A stretch of DNA of 64,000 nucleotides from Firmicutes bacterium HGW-Firmicutes-9 (GCA_002841395.1 PGZM01000004.1:71842-135841), one strand, 5' to 3'; numbered from the stretch's first letter, positions 47,132-56,466 are shown. A program made the numbers and translations. The notes: generated by a model from the sequence alone, not told the origin.

Positions 47132-48022
47132 TCAATCTTTCTTGCGGGAATCGCCCCAGAAGAACAGCGCGACCGTTCCGGGACCTGTATGCGAGCCAAC
47201 CACGGTGCCGACGCTGTTGATCAGCACCTTGCCGTTGAGCTTGGGGAAGGTCGATTCGACCAGCGCGGCGACCGTCTCCGCGTCTTCATGGCAGGCGGAG
47301 TTGGAGATGAAGCACTTTTTGTCGTAGTCCAGCCCGTTTTCCGCGTGGAGCTCCATCTGCTTGACGATCTCGCGCATGACGCGCTTTTTGCCGTTGATCT
47401 TAAAGCGCGGGGTTAGGTGACCGCCATCGTCCATGTTCATGAGCGGATTGATGCCGAGGATGGAACCGACCACGAACGCAGTCGGCGAGATGCGCCCGCC
47501 GCGTTTGTAGTGCGTCAAATCTGTCGAGAAGAACCAGTGGTGCAGATTGAGCTTGTGCTCTTCAATCCACGCCGCGGCATCCTGCAACGATACGCCGTTG
47601 TCCCGCATATCCGCGAGGGTATCGACCATTAGACCGTAGCCGGAGGAAGCGCCGAGGGAATCGACGATGACCAGCGTGCGGTCGGGATAACGCTCCTTGA
47701 GCTCTTCCTGCGCCAGCAGTGCTGCGGCATAGGTGCCGGAAAGGCCGGAGGAGAACGAAAGATGCAGAATGTCTTTGCCTTCTTTTAAGAAAGGTTCAAA
47801 GAACTCGATGAACTGCGCGGTGTTGACGAGTGACGTCGTGGGCATTGCACCCGCCGCGATCTTACCGTAAAACTCTTCAAACGGCATGCTCTGACCCAGA
47901 TCGTCCGCATATTCCTCTCCGTCGATGGTGAAATGGAAGCAGACATAGTGGATTTCGCGCTGTTCAAAGTAGTCCTTGGAGAGATCGGCCGTGGAGCAGC
48001 AGCTCAGGATATACGGTTGCAT
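47132..48022 (-). CDS. DegV-family fatty-acid-binding protein
   Basis: SCCSTADL..., HLSFSSGLSGTY and GPGTVALFF are DegV hallmarks. Start set to the ATG at 48022, behind GGAGG. Confidence 0.9.
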   Translation of the reverse strand: MQPYILSCCSTADLSKDYFEQREIHYVCFHFTIDGEEYADDLGQSMPFEEFYGKIAAGAMPTTSLVNTAQFIEFFEPFLKEGKDILHLSFSSGLSGTYAAALLAQEELKERYPDRTLVIVDSLGASSGYGLMVDTLADMRDNGVSLQDAAAWIEEHKLNLHHWFFSTDLTHYKRGGRISPTAFVVGSILGINPLMNMDDGGHLTPRFKINGKKRVMREIVKQMELHAENGLDYDKKCFISNSACHEDAETVAALVESTFPKLNGKVLINSVGTVVGSHTGPGTVALFFWGDSRKKD

Positions 48023-48105
48023 GGTGTACCTCCGATATAATTTTGTAGTGAAAGACGAAGAATGCGGGTTTAAAACCCGCACTCGTTTATTTGTTGTGGT
48101 AATCG

Positions 48106-48933
48106 TTAGAACGCGAGGATGATCCCTTTTTCATTGGCGTATAGGGAGCTCAAGCCGCGTGTGGGCAGTACGAGGATTTCAGAGAAATGGTAGCGACGCT
48201 CAATCTCGGCTTTGAGTTCATCGGCAAACTGCGGGTTGTTGCAATGCGTGATCACGATGCTCTGATCCGTGGTGTCGCGTCCCGTGTGCGCAATGGTGTC
48301 CGCGAGCTTTTTGACCACCTGTTTCCAGCCCTGCACATGCGAAACCAGAGAGATGTTTCCGTCTCTGTCCGCGCCCATGATGGGGCGGATGTGCAACGTG
48401 GAGATCAGGGTCGCGGTAATGCGGTTGAGTCTGCCGTTTTTATAGAGATTATCGATGTTGTCCAGCACGAAGAACGTGCTCATTTCTTTAATGAAGTTCT
48501 CGACCTTTTGAATGATTTCGGACTTTTGCAGTCCTTCCTGAATGAATTTGCGGATTTTGAGTACGATCAGCACTTCCGCGGCGGCTGCGCTGCGGGAGTC
48601 GAACACGTGCACCTTTGCGCCCGCTTCTTCTGCGATCTCTTTGCCGGACATCGCGCTGGCGTAGGAACCGGAGAGGCTGCTCGAGAGGGTGACGGCAAAC
48701 GCGTCATCGGTACCGAACGCTTCGGCATACAGTCCCGGCGCGGGTGCGGCGGAGCCGACGCGGCCCTTGCAGGCGTGCATGCGTGCCATGAAGTCCGGCA
48801 GATCAAGCGTGTCGTCGTCCGTATAGGATTCATCGGCGAGCGTCAGCGTCAGCGGCACGCTTTTCACGCCCCATTCGGCGCGCAGTTCTGGGGTTAAATC
48901 GCAGCAGCTGTCCGCAACAAGCGTATATTTCAT
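48106..48933 (-). CDS. DegV-family fatty-acid-binding protein (second paralogue)
   Basis: LVADSCCDL, TLSSSLSGSY. GGAGAA RBS. Confidence 0.9.
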   Translation of the reverse strand: MKYTLVADSCCDLTPELRAEWGVKSVPLTLTLADESYTDDDTLDLPDFMARMHACKGRVGSAAPAPGLYAEAFGTDDAFAVTLSSSLSGSYASAMSGKEIAEEAGAKVHVFDSRSAAAAEVLIVLKIRKFIQEGLQKSEIIQKVENFIKEMSTFFVLDNIDNLYKNGRLNRITATLISTLHIRPIMGADRDGNISLVSHVQGWKQVVKKLADTIAHTGRDTTDQSIVITHCNNPQFADELKAEIERRYHFSEILVLPTRGLSSLYANEKGIILAF

Positions 48934-49064
48934 AAAGTCCAGTTCTCCAATTCTTTGACTACGTGTCTAAAGTACAACACGAGTGTATCAAACGTCATTC
49001 AAACCATTCTCAATAGACCTTCAACGGAACCTCAACTCTCACGCGTATAGGCATTGCGACTGCG

Positions 49065-49096
49065 TAAAAAACAGCCGTGGCTCATTGCCCGGCTGT
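49065..49096 (-). terminator. Intrinsic terminator after the histidine kinase gene
   Basis: Minus-strand ACAGCCG-(12 nt)-CGGCUGU followed by UUUUUUA. Confidence 0.65.
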
Positions 49097-49117
49097 TATG
49101 AGGGTGCTTTTACGTTG

Positions 49118-50176
49118 TCAGGCGGGCGTTGGCAGATCGCCCTTCAATGTCACGATGACCTCCGTACCCTTGCCTTCCTTGCTCTGCAGCTCGATCGTAC
49201 CGCCGCTGAGCGAGATGATTCTGCGTACAAGCGCGAGGCCTAAGCCGCTGCCCTGACCGGAATGCGAACGCTCGCCCTGATAGAACTTATCAAACGCATG
49301 CAGCCTTACTTCTTCGGACATACCGACGCCGCTGTCCCGGACGCGGACGACAATCTTGCCGTCAAACTCCCAACAGGAGACAAAGAGCGTGCCGCCCTTG
49401 CGCGAAAACTTGATCGCGTTGTCGATGAGGTTGCTCCAGACCTGCGCAAGCAGCGATTTGCTGCCGTAGATCTGCGTGCTTTCCAGCGCGAGATCGATGT
49501 TCAGCTCCTTTTCCTCCCAAAGCGGCTCATAGCCTAAAAGCACGCGGCGAATCTGCTCGTCGAGACTGTAAACCTCCTGCTGGAGCACGATCTCCTGATT
49601 CTCCAACTGCGAGAGCGAGAGAATGCTGTGCGTGAGCTTGGAAAGCCTGCTGGTGTTTTCCAGAATGCGGGAGACATAGAGCGCCTGCTCCTCTTTGGTC
49701 AGGCGTTCGTCCTGCAGGAGTGTTGCATACCCTTCAATCGCGGAAAGCGGGGTTTTAAACTCGTGGGAGACATTGCCGACAAAGTCGCTTCGCAGCGTCT
49801 CTGTGTTGGCGAGCTCCTTGACCATGATGTTGAAGCTTGTCGCAAGCTCTTCGATCTCTTTTGCGATGCTCTTTTCCTCGAGCCGAACGGAGAAGTCGCC
49901 GCGGGCGACCTTTTTTGCCGCATCGTTGATCTTCAGGATCGGGGAGAGCATCTTTGTGCTCGTATAAGCCGAAATACCCACGCCGATGATGGTCGTAAAG
50001 ATGCCCATGTACGTGGTGGAAGTCACGATTGCGGTAATCGTCGGTATCTTGAGCCGGAGCATGACGAAGATGACGCCGAATGTCAGCACCGTAGACACCG
50101 CGATGATGCCCGTGATGATCACGGCGAAGATCTGCGCTGCGCGCGGGCGGGCCTTGATCTGCGGCAGTTTAGTCAT
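49118..50176 (-). CDS. Sensor histidine kinase
   Basis: Two TM segments, HAMP, H-box SHEFKTPLS, and G-boxes GSGLGLALV. Confidence 0.9.
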   Translation of the reverse strand: MTKLPQIKARPRAAQIFAVIITGIIAVSTVLTFGVIFVMLRLKIPTITAIVTSTTYMGIFTTIIGVGISAYTSTKMLSPILKINDAAKKVARGDFSVRLEEKSIAKEIEELATSFNIMVKELANTETLRSDFVGNVSHEFKTPLSAIEGYATLLQDERLTKEEQALYVSRILENTSRLSKLTHSILSLSQLENQEIVLQQEVYSLDEQIRRVLLGYEPLWEEKELNIDLALESTQIYGSKSLLAQVWSNLIDNAIKFSRKGGTLFVSCWEFDGKIVVRVRDSGVGMSEEVRLHAFDKFYQGERSHSGQGSGLGLALVRRIISLSGGTIELQSKEGKGTEVIVTLKGDLPTPA

Positions 50177-50846
50177 GCTTTTTTACCGCCTTGTAGCCAA
50201 GGCCGCGGATGGTGACGATCTCGAACTGCGCACCCTCTTTATAGCGTTCGCGCAAACGGCTGATGTGTACATCCAGCGTATGCGGGTCGCTTTCGGTGTC
50301 CATGCCCCAGATTTCGTCCATAATCTGCTGTTTGGTAAACACGCGGTTGGGGTTGGAGAGTAGTTTGTAGAGGATATAAAACTCTTTTTGCGGCAGCACG
50401 TTACAATCCCCGTCGATGCAGACGGTCAAATCGTCATAGCGCAGCTCTGCGTTTTCAAAGCGAATCTTCTTTTCGTTGACGATCTGCGCGCGCTTTAACA
50501 GCGCGTTGATGCGCAGGATCATCTCGTTGACGTTGACGGGTTTGACCATGTAGTCGTCCGTCCCCGCGAGAAAACCGCTCTGCATATCCTCAAACGTGTC
50601 CTTCGCGGTGATCATCAAGACCGGCATATTCATGCTGTTTTGGCGCAGGCTTTTCACGAACTCAAAGCCGTCCATGTTCGGCATCATGATGTCCGTGACA
50701 ACGAGGTCGATATACTGTTTTTCGAGTACGTCCCAGGCATCCGCGCCGTCCCTTGCTTCGTGGTAGACGAAGCCGTTCTTGGAAAGCACGGTGCAAAAGA
50801 GCTCGCGCAGCGCGCGGTCGTCCTCCACGACAAGAATGTGAAACAT
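50169..50846 (-). CDS. OmpR-family response regulator
   Basis: ILVVEDD, LVVTDIMMP, winged-helix C-terminus. AGGAGG RBS. Confidence 0.92.
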   Translation of the reverse strand: MFHILVVEDDRALRELFCTVLSKNGFVYHEARDGADAWDVLEKQYIDLVVTDIMMPNMDGFEFVKSLRQNSMNMPVLMITAKDTFEDMQSGFLAGTDDYMVKPVNVNEMILRINALLKRAQIVNEKKIRFENAELRYDDLTVCIDGDCNVLPQKEFYILYKLLSNPNRVFTKQQIMDEIWGMDTESDPHTLDVHISRLRERYKEGAQFEIVTIRGLGYKAVKKHD

Positions 50847-50997
50847 TGTATCCTCCTGATACGATTAACGGATATTTTGGATGGGCAACATACGATGCCA
50901 ACCATAAAAATAGCAGAATTTCTTCAATTCAATCTCAAATGTTGTTTCTATATTGATTGCAGACCGATGTGAAAGCCGTTTGAGAGCGGGAAACCGT

Positions 50998-51636
50998 TCA
51001 GGTAAACAGGTCGCTGTCCTCCGGCAAACCCGCAAATAGAACGACCAACCGCCCTTCGCGCACGCGTACCTCGGCAGGCTCGCCCGTAAAGGCGTTGCTC
51101 ACGCCGAGCGGGTTTGTGTCCGTGAGCGTTGCGTCGGTGAGTGCATAGGCAAGCCCGCGCTCGTAGACACCATAGGCAACGGCGCCGTAGGAAAAAACCG
51201 AGATGATGCCGGAAAGTCCCGCGCGGAAGCGCAGCGCTTCGTTTTGTATCAGCGTGATGGTTTCTCCTTCACCGATCAGCGCGGCGCGCGCGCCGTTTTC
51301 GCGCAGAAACGCGAGGGTTTGGATGTTTGCCAGCGTGTGATCGAGCCGACCGCCCACGCCGCCGAGCAGCAGAAACGTGCGATAGCCGCGCTCGATGCCG
51401 ATGCGAGCCGCGAGCATGGTATCCGTATCGTCCTTTTCCGCGGGATGGCGCACGACCTGCTCGCCTTCGGGTACATAGCCCAGCGAGTCAAAATCGCCCA
51501 CGACGAGGTCGGGCTTGATGCCGCCCATGTGCGCATAGCCGCCGTCCGCGGCGATGACGAGATCGCCCGGCTTGGGTGAGAACGAATGGTTCTGCGGCAG
51601 CGCGCAGATGATGTAGCAGACGGAGGTTTTACTCAT
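50998..51636 (-). CDS. thiN: Thiamine diphosphokinase
   Basis: VIAADGGY...PDLVVGDFDS...KDDTD motifs. Confidence 0.86.
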   Translation of the reverse strand: MSKTSVCYIICALPQNHSFSPKPGDLVIAADGGYAHMGGIKPDLVVGDFDSLGYVPEGEQVVRHPAEKDDTDTMLAARIGIERGYRTFLLLGGVGGRLDHTLANIQTLAFLRENGARAALIGEGETITLIQNEALRFRAGLSGIISVFSYGAVAYGVYERGLAYALTDATLTDTNPLGVSNAFTGEPAEVRVREGRLVVLFAGLPEDSDLFT

Positions 51637-51866
51637 GTTGTGTTGCTTGATTTCCTTCTATCGATAGATGACAGCGTCAGATGAAAAAACAGACGTCTCT
51701 TCACTCGTATTTATACCATGTTTGCGATTATATGAAAAGCGAGCACATATCGCGGGTTGTCGAAAACACGCAATAAATCGCCTGAAAATCGGCGTTTTTT
51801 TACGTGAAGGTATGATATAATAGCGTTTATGATTCTGCGGGCGCTTCCCGTGAAAGGAGAACACGA

Positions 51867-52430
51867 TTGCCAGGACTGTTTTTGCGTGACGAACTCGACG
51901 TGTTCACCGCCGTGGATGTGGAAACGCCCAATCGCTTTTCGCGTTCGATCTGCTCCATCGGCATTGTCCGCGTGGACGAGGAGGGCGAGATCACGCGTCT
52001 GCACCATCTTGTGAACCCTTGCGACGAGTTTGACGCGGCGAATATCGCGATTCACGGCATCCGACCCTTTGACGTAGAGCGGGAGCCTTCACTCTATGAG
52101 CTTTGGCCGCAGATCGAGAAGTATTTTACGGGCTGCCTGTTGGTTGCGCACAACGCGCTGTTCGATCTTCCGGTGATAAGAAAAGCGCTGCTGCGCGAAA
52201 ACCTCTACGCCGAAAACTGGAAGTATATCTGCACGTTGGAGACTTCCAGAAAGCATATTCCGAAATCAACCTTTGGCAGCCACCGCCTCAACGATCTCTG
52301 CGCGGGGCTGAACATTCCGCTGGAGCACCACCACAACGCGCTGGACGACGCGCTCGCCTGCGCGAGCCTGTATGAGCATCTGCGGATGAACTATCACGTG
52401 AGTGAAAGAGATATTAAAATTTACCGATGA
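51867..52430 (+). CDS. DEDDh 3'-5' exonuclease (DnaQ/epsilon-like domain protein)
   Basis: Exo motifs AVDVETPN, HNALFDL, HHNALDDA. TTG start 6 nt after AAAGGAGAA. Confidence 0.8.
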   Translation: MPGLFLRDELDVFTAVDVETPNRFSRSICSIGIVRVDEEGEITRLHHLVNPCDEFDAANIAIHGIRPFDVEREPSLYELWPQIEKYFTGCLLVAHNALFDLPVIRKALLRENLYAENWKYICTLETSRKHIPKSTFGSHRLNDLCAGLNIPLEHHHNALDDALACASLYEHLRMNYHVSERDIKIYR

Positions 52431-52459
52431 TCGGTAAATCATAATATAAATTACGTTAA

Positions 52460-52580
52460 TTCAAGGAGGAAGAGTTTCTCCTTATTCAACAAAATGATCA
52501 AAAAAGAAGCACTAGCAATAAGTTTCTTTTTTAGAACAGATACCAATCAAACTAAAAGTTTCAAGGAGGAAGAGTTTCTC
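52460..52580 (+). repeat. Two perfect 21-bp direct repeats exactly 100 bp apart (52460-52480 and 52560-52580)
   Basis: TTCAAGGAGGAAGAGTTTCTC appears twice. The second copy supplies the SD of the CCG-protein gene. The spacer between them is AT-rich. Confidence 0.85.
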
Positions 52581-52581
52581 A

Positions 52582-53301
52582 ATGGACGACCCCGGGCGAC
52601 CTAATACGGACACGATTCCCAGTATTGCGCTGGAGGACATCGATCCCGACAAATGCTACTTCAACCCCGGCTGCGCGATGAGCCTGTACAAGCCGGAGGC
52701 GGTGGAGGAAATCCTCCATCTGCTGAACCGCCGCTTTTTGCCGACCAAGCTGCACACCACTTGCTGCCGGCACGATCCGGAGCTTCCGGCGGGTTCGACG
52801 ATCATCAACAACTGCGCAGGATGCGATAGAAGGTTCCGCTCGCTCTACGAGGGCGTGCATACCGTCTCGCTCTGGGAGGTGCTGGACGCAATCCCCGCGC
52901 TGCCGCTGCCGACATATGATGGCATGCAGCTCTCCGTGCACGATTCCTGCTCGTTTCGCAAGAAGCCGCAGGTGCACGCCGCGGTGAGAAGCCTGCTCGA
53001 CAAGATGCACATCGAAGTGGTCGAAAGCCCCTACTCCGGCACAAAGTCCATCTGCTGCGGAGACAACTTCTACGGGCACATTCCGGTAGAGGAGGTCAAT
53101 GCGTTTCAAAAGAAGCGTGCGTCTCAGATGCCTTGTCAGGATGTCGCGGTCTACTGCGTCTCCTGCATCAAGTCCATGCACATCGGCGGCAAAACGGCGC
53201 ACCATATGCTGGATCTCGTGATGGGCGAAGAGACCGACCCGCAGGAAACGCGGCTGGACGTCTACCACGACGAGCTGGATCGTTATATTGAGGAACATTA
53301 A
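52582..53301 (+). CDS. Cysteine-rich (CCG-domain) Fe-S protein, HdrB/LutA/GlcF-like
   Basis: Two Cys-rich modules (NPGCAMS...CCRHD...CAGC and HDSCSF...ICCGDN...YCVSC). Confidence 0.7.
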   Translation: MDDPGRPNTDTIPSIALEDIDPDKCYFNPGCAMSLYKPEAVEEILHLLNRRFLPTKLHTTCCRHDPELPAGSTIINNCAGCDRRFRSLYEGVHTVSLWEVLDAIPALPLPTYDGMQLSVHDSCSFRKKPQVHAAVRSLLDKMHIEVVESPYSGTKSICCGDNFYGHIPVEEVNAFQKKRASQMPCQDVAVYCVSCIKSMHIGGKTAHHMLDLVMGEETDPQETRLDVYHDELDRYIEEH

Positions 53302-53304
53302 ACC

Positions 53305-53754
53305 ATGCTGAGTATCACCCGTTGCACGGGAAAAGATGAGACATTCAGCGCGCTGATTGCCGCGCTGGACGAAGAGCTGGACGAGCGCTACGGCGCGCAG
53401 ATGGAATTCTTCGGGCCGCATAACAAATCCGACGACGTGGAGCACGCGGTCGTCGTTTCCTTCGACGGCGCGCCGGCTGGCTGCGGATGCTTCAAGCCGT
53501 TCTCGACTGATTCCGTGGAGATGAAGCGCATTTTCGTGCACAAAGCGTTTCGCGGACAGCGCCTTGCTCGCGCGGTGATGACGGAGCTCGAAGCCTGGGC
53601 AAAAGAAGTCGGATACGCGTTTGCCGTGCTCGAAACGGGCATCCTCCAGCCGGAGGCAATCCGACTGTATGAGGCGGCGGGATACGAACGCATTCCGAAC
53701 TATCCGCCGTATGTGGGCGTAAAAGAGAGCGTCTGCTTCCGAAAATCTTTTTAA
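53305..53754 (+). CDS. GNAT-family N-acetyltransferase
   Basis: Acetyl-CoA motif RIFVHKAFRGQRLARAVM. 149 aa. Confidence 0.86.
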   Translation: MLSITRCTGKDETFSALIAALDEELDERYGAQMEFFGPHNKSDDVEHAVVVSFDGAPAGCGCFKPFSTDSVEMKRIFVHKAFRGQRLARAVMTELEAWAKEVGYAFAVLETGILQPEAIRLYEAAGYERIPNYPPYVGVKESVCFRKSF

Positions 53755-53765
53755 AGAGCAGAATT

Positions 53766-53807
53766 AAAAACACCGTCACCGGATTTCCGGCGGCGGTGTT
53801 GTTTTTT
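53766..53807. terminator. Bidirectional terminator between the GNAT and MBL genes
   Basis: AAAAACACCG..CCGG-ATTT-CCGG..CGGTGTTGTTTTTT. Confidence 0.7.
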
Positions 53808-54534
53808 AGTCTTTCTTTGGATAGAAGAGCGTTAAGTGATCCAATCGACTTCTGAACTTCATCAAATCCCCGACCGGGAACGGGTTTCCGTGGCTGGGGT
53901 AGATGCGGCTTGGGTTGAGCGCGATGATCTTGTCCCACGATTCGGCGAACGCGCGTGCATCCTCCATCAGCACCGCTTGCCGCGCGGGCGCGATGATCGC
54001 GTTGCCCGCGGCGTCGCCGCAGAGCAGCTCCCGCGTTTCCTCGAGAAAGAGCCCGATGGAGTCCGCTGTGTGTCCCGGCAGAAACACGATACGGATCGGT
54101 AACCCCGCCACGAGAAACGGTTGATCCGTCTCGCTTTTGAGGATAATCGCGTTCTCGTCCGGCATCACAGGCGGATAGGATGAGTGCTTCATCATCCCAT
54201 GCATCGCGACGCCCATACGCGAGGTGAATCCTGTTCCGTCGGGCATGACGTTGACGCCGCTCGCAAGCCGCGGGATGCTGTTTTCGTGCGCGACGAGTCG
54301 CGCGCCGCTTTCTGCGAGGAGCTCTGCCAAAAACCCGGCATGGTCGTTGTGCGAATGCGTGAGAAACACAAACTTCAGCTGATCCAGCGGGGTCAGCTTT
54401 GCAAGCCGTTTCTTATATGCTTCAAACCCGCCCGCGTAGCCGGAATCGAGCGCGATCCAGCCCTGCGTTGTTTCGAGCAGGTAATTGCGCAGCATATAGT
54501 TGCCAATGTTGTGAATCTTGATGGAATGCGACAT
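53806..54534 (-). CDS. MBL-fold metallo-hydrolase
   Basis: THSHNDHAG metal motif. GAGGTG RBS. Confidence 0.86.
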   Translation of the reverse strand: MSHSIKIHNIGNYMLRNYLLETTQGWIALDSGYAGGFEAYKKRLAKLTPLDQLKFVFLTHSHNDHAGFLAELLAESGARLVAHENSIPRLASGVNVMPDGTGFTSRMGVAMHGMMKHSSYPPVMPDENAIILKSETDQPFLVAGLPIRIVFLPGHTADSIGLFLEETRELLCGDAAGNAIIAPARQAVLMEDARAFAESWDKIIALNPSRIYPSHGNPFPVGDLMKFRSRLDHLTLFYPKKD

Positions 54535-54699
54535 TTAGGTCACCTCAATCCTTGATTGATCAGGTCTTCGCGAAGTGTTTTTATGAGATTATTTCTTTGA
54601 CAAGAATAGCATATTTGAACTCGAAGGCATAGTCGCGTGCAAGCTTTGATTGCGACTTGTATAACTTATGTCAATTCGTTCACAGAAAGTTCATAAATT

Positions 54700-55010
54700 A
54701 TTGTGTCACGACCACTGGGTCAAAACCGTCTAATAAGCAGAACGAAATTCCACGGGCGTGAATTTTCACAGCGGGTCTGGTACATTCGCTGTGAGAAAAC
54801 CGCCGAAATGTGGAAACGGCGGTAAGCCGGTTTCGATTTCGCCGACCGTCTGCTTTGTTGCATCGTGCGAGAACTCTCTCCTCGCGGAGCAGGAAGCAGA
54901 AGCGCCCGATTACGGTTCGGGTCGTCGGTGGCGATGCACGTCGTAAGATGCGGCATTCGGCTCATACGTCGAGGCGGGACCCCTCTGCGTCGCCGGATGC
55001 CGCACTTGCG
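54700..55010 (+). ncRNA. Candidate structured RNA of unknown class (speculative)
   Basis: GC-rich island without a plausible ORF, inside an AT-rich divergent spacer. At least six local helices, including a hairpin of about 21 pairs at 54949-55004. G-U pairs favour the plus strand. Confidence 0.3.
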
Positions 55011-55110
55011 CGATTATATGACCATTTTTTCTTATTACTTGCTCATAGTGCATCCATCCTCATCTATCCCAAAATGGTTTTCCTATATAATCAAAAACAG
55101 GAGCAGAAGA

Positions 55111-56466
55111 ATGAGTAAACAGACCTATCATGGAAGATATCAACACAGGAAGGCAGCTATTGTAGTCTGCCTCTTTTTTTGTGCTCTGTTAGTATTGTTT
55201 ACAGTCGCCTGCCAGCCGGGGAAAGCTGCGGTCGTGCTCACGCCGATTCCGGTAGAGCAGGAAACTTCGGACGAGACAGACCAGAACGAAGTGCCGATCG
55301 ATACCACTGCATCGCCTGAGTTGGTTAACGCAGAAAATCTTTGGAATCCCGCAAAGGAACTGCTCAACAGTGCGTCTACATTACCCGGCGCTATTCCGGT
55401 TTCGGTGTCGCATATTTCTCAACCGCCGGAGACGCTGCCCGCAGGCATTAAAGTGCTTGTCGACGCGGATGTGGTCGTCCCGCAGACGGAAAACTACAAC
55501 ATTCGGGAATGCAATTTAAGCTCGTTTACTCTCGAGGACTACCGTTCCATGTTCGACTATTTTTTGCCGAACCCAGCTGTAATTACACATCAAATAACAA
55601 ATATTACTCAAGCTGAAGGGACAGTTGTTCTGAACGATGATGATATTACACAAGGAGCATCTTTCTTTGTAGAGCAGGGAAACGAAACGTTTTCGTTGCA
55701 ACTAGGAGGTAAATATTCAATTTTCTGGCTTGAGCATACTGATGAGGTTATTTACTGCGAAGGATATTTGGTTGGCGATGAGGAATGGGAAAAAGAGATT
55801 GGTGAGATCATCCGCGAACCGATTGCACTAACGAGAGAGGAAGCGCAATCGCAGGCAGATCGGATGATATCAGACCTGAATATTCAAGGGTGGCAGATTG
55901 ACAGCGTACAACGAGCAGCCGCGTTTGATATGAACAGTCCTACTAGTAAAGTCCTTGGACGTGGTTGGATGTTGTTTTATGGGCTATCTAATGATGAGCT
56001 GACTATGTTTTCGGACAAAGGGTACTCTAGCAATAAAAACGACAGGTTATCTTATTGGCAAGCAGATGCCGGGAAGCTTACGATCTATGTCGATGAGCGC
56101 GGAGTAACGGATTTTCACTGGGAGAAGCACTATACACCAAGCAGTGTCACATATCCGGTGGCATCCATCATTAGCGCAGAGGAAGCGTTGAAACTGGCGA
56201 AAGAGCGGATCGCCCGCATTTATGGCGAACTGGATTACGAGAATACACAGATCGAGATCTACGATATCCGGCTTTCCACGATGTTGATCGGATACTCGGA
56301 TCAGCTGACGGGACAGCCCTTTCCGGATCCATATGAGGACATCGCGCTGTTGATCCCGACTTGGAATTTTGCGTTCCGAATCATCTTCCCGTATGGGGAT
56401 ACGGAATATTATATGATGCCCTTCTCCGCGACCGATGGCGGCGCGATTTCGATGCTATATTTCTAA
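55111..56466 (+). CDS. Orphan exported lipoprotein (451 aa), function unknown
   Basis: ATG behind ACAGGAG. TM/lipobox FTVAC. Visibly lower GC than the window average. The upstream part of the track ORF (54865-55110) is rejected. Confidence 0.72.
   Translation: MSKQTYHGRYQHRKAAIVVCLFFCALLVLFTVACQPGKAAVVLTPIPVEQETSDETDQNEVPIDTTASPELVNAENLWNPAKELLNSASTLPGAIPVSVSHISQPPETLPAGIKVLVDADVVVPQTENYNIRECNLSSFTLEDYRSMFDYFLPNPAVITHQITNITQAEGTVVLNDDDITQGASFFVEQGNETFSLQLGGKYSIFWLEHTDEVIYCEGYLVGDEEWEKEIGEIIREPIALTREEAQSQADRMISDLNIQGWQIDSVQRAAAFDMNSPTSKVLGRGWMLFYGLSNDELTMFSDKGYSSNKNDRLSYWQADAGKLTIYVDERGVTDFHWEKHYTPSSVTYPVASIISAEEALKLAKERIARIYGELDYENTQIEIYDIRLSTMLIGYSDQLTGQPFPDPYEDIALLIPTWNFAFRIIFPYGDTEYYMMPFSATDGGAISMLYF

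Noticed and set aside
54700-55010. Tested the structured island against remembered signatures of tmRNA, SRP RNA, RNase P RNA, and the cobalamin, ydaO, M-box and ZTP riboswitches.
   Set aside because: Only short chance-level matches appeared (AGGAAGCAG as in SRP helix 8, GGTCGTGAC as in ZTP, ACCCGAACC as in ydaO). The rest of each consensus and the expected termini were missing. The class is left as unknown.
54865-55110. N-terminal 82-codon extension of the track ORF 54865-56466.
   Set aside because: The extension is Arg-rich nonsense that crosses the structured island. The ATG at 55111 has an RBS and is followed by a proper signal/lipobox sequence.
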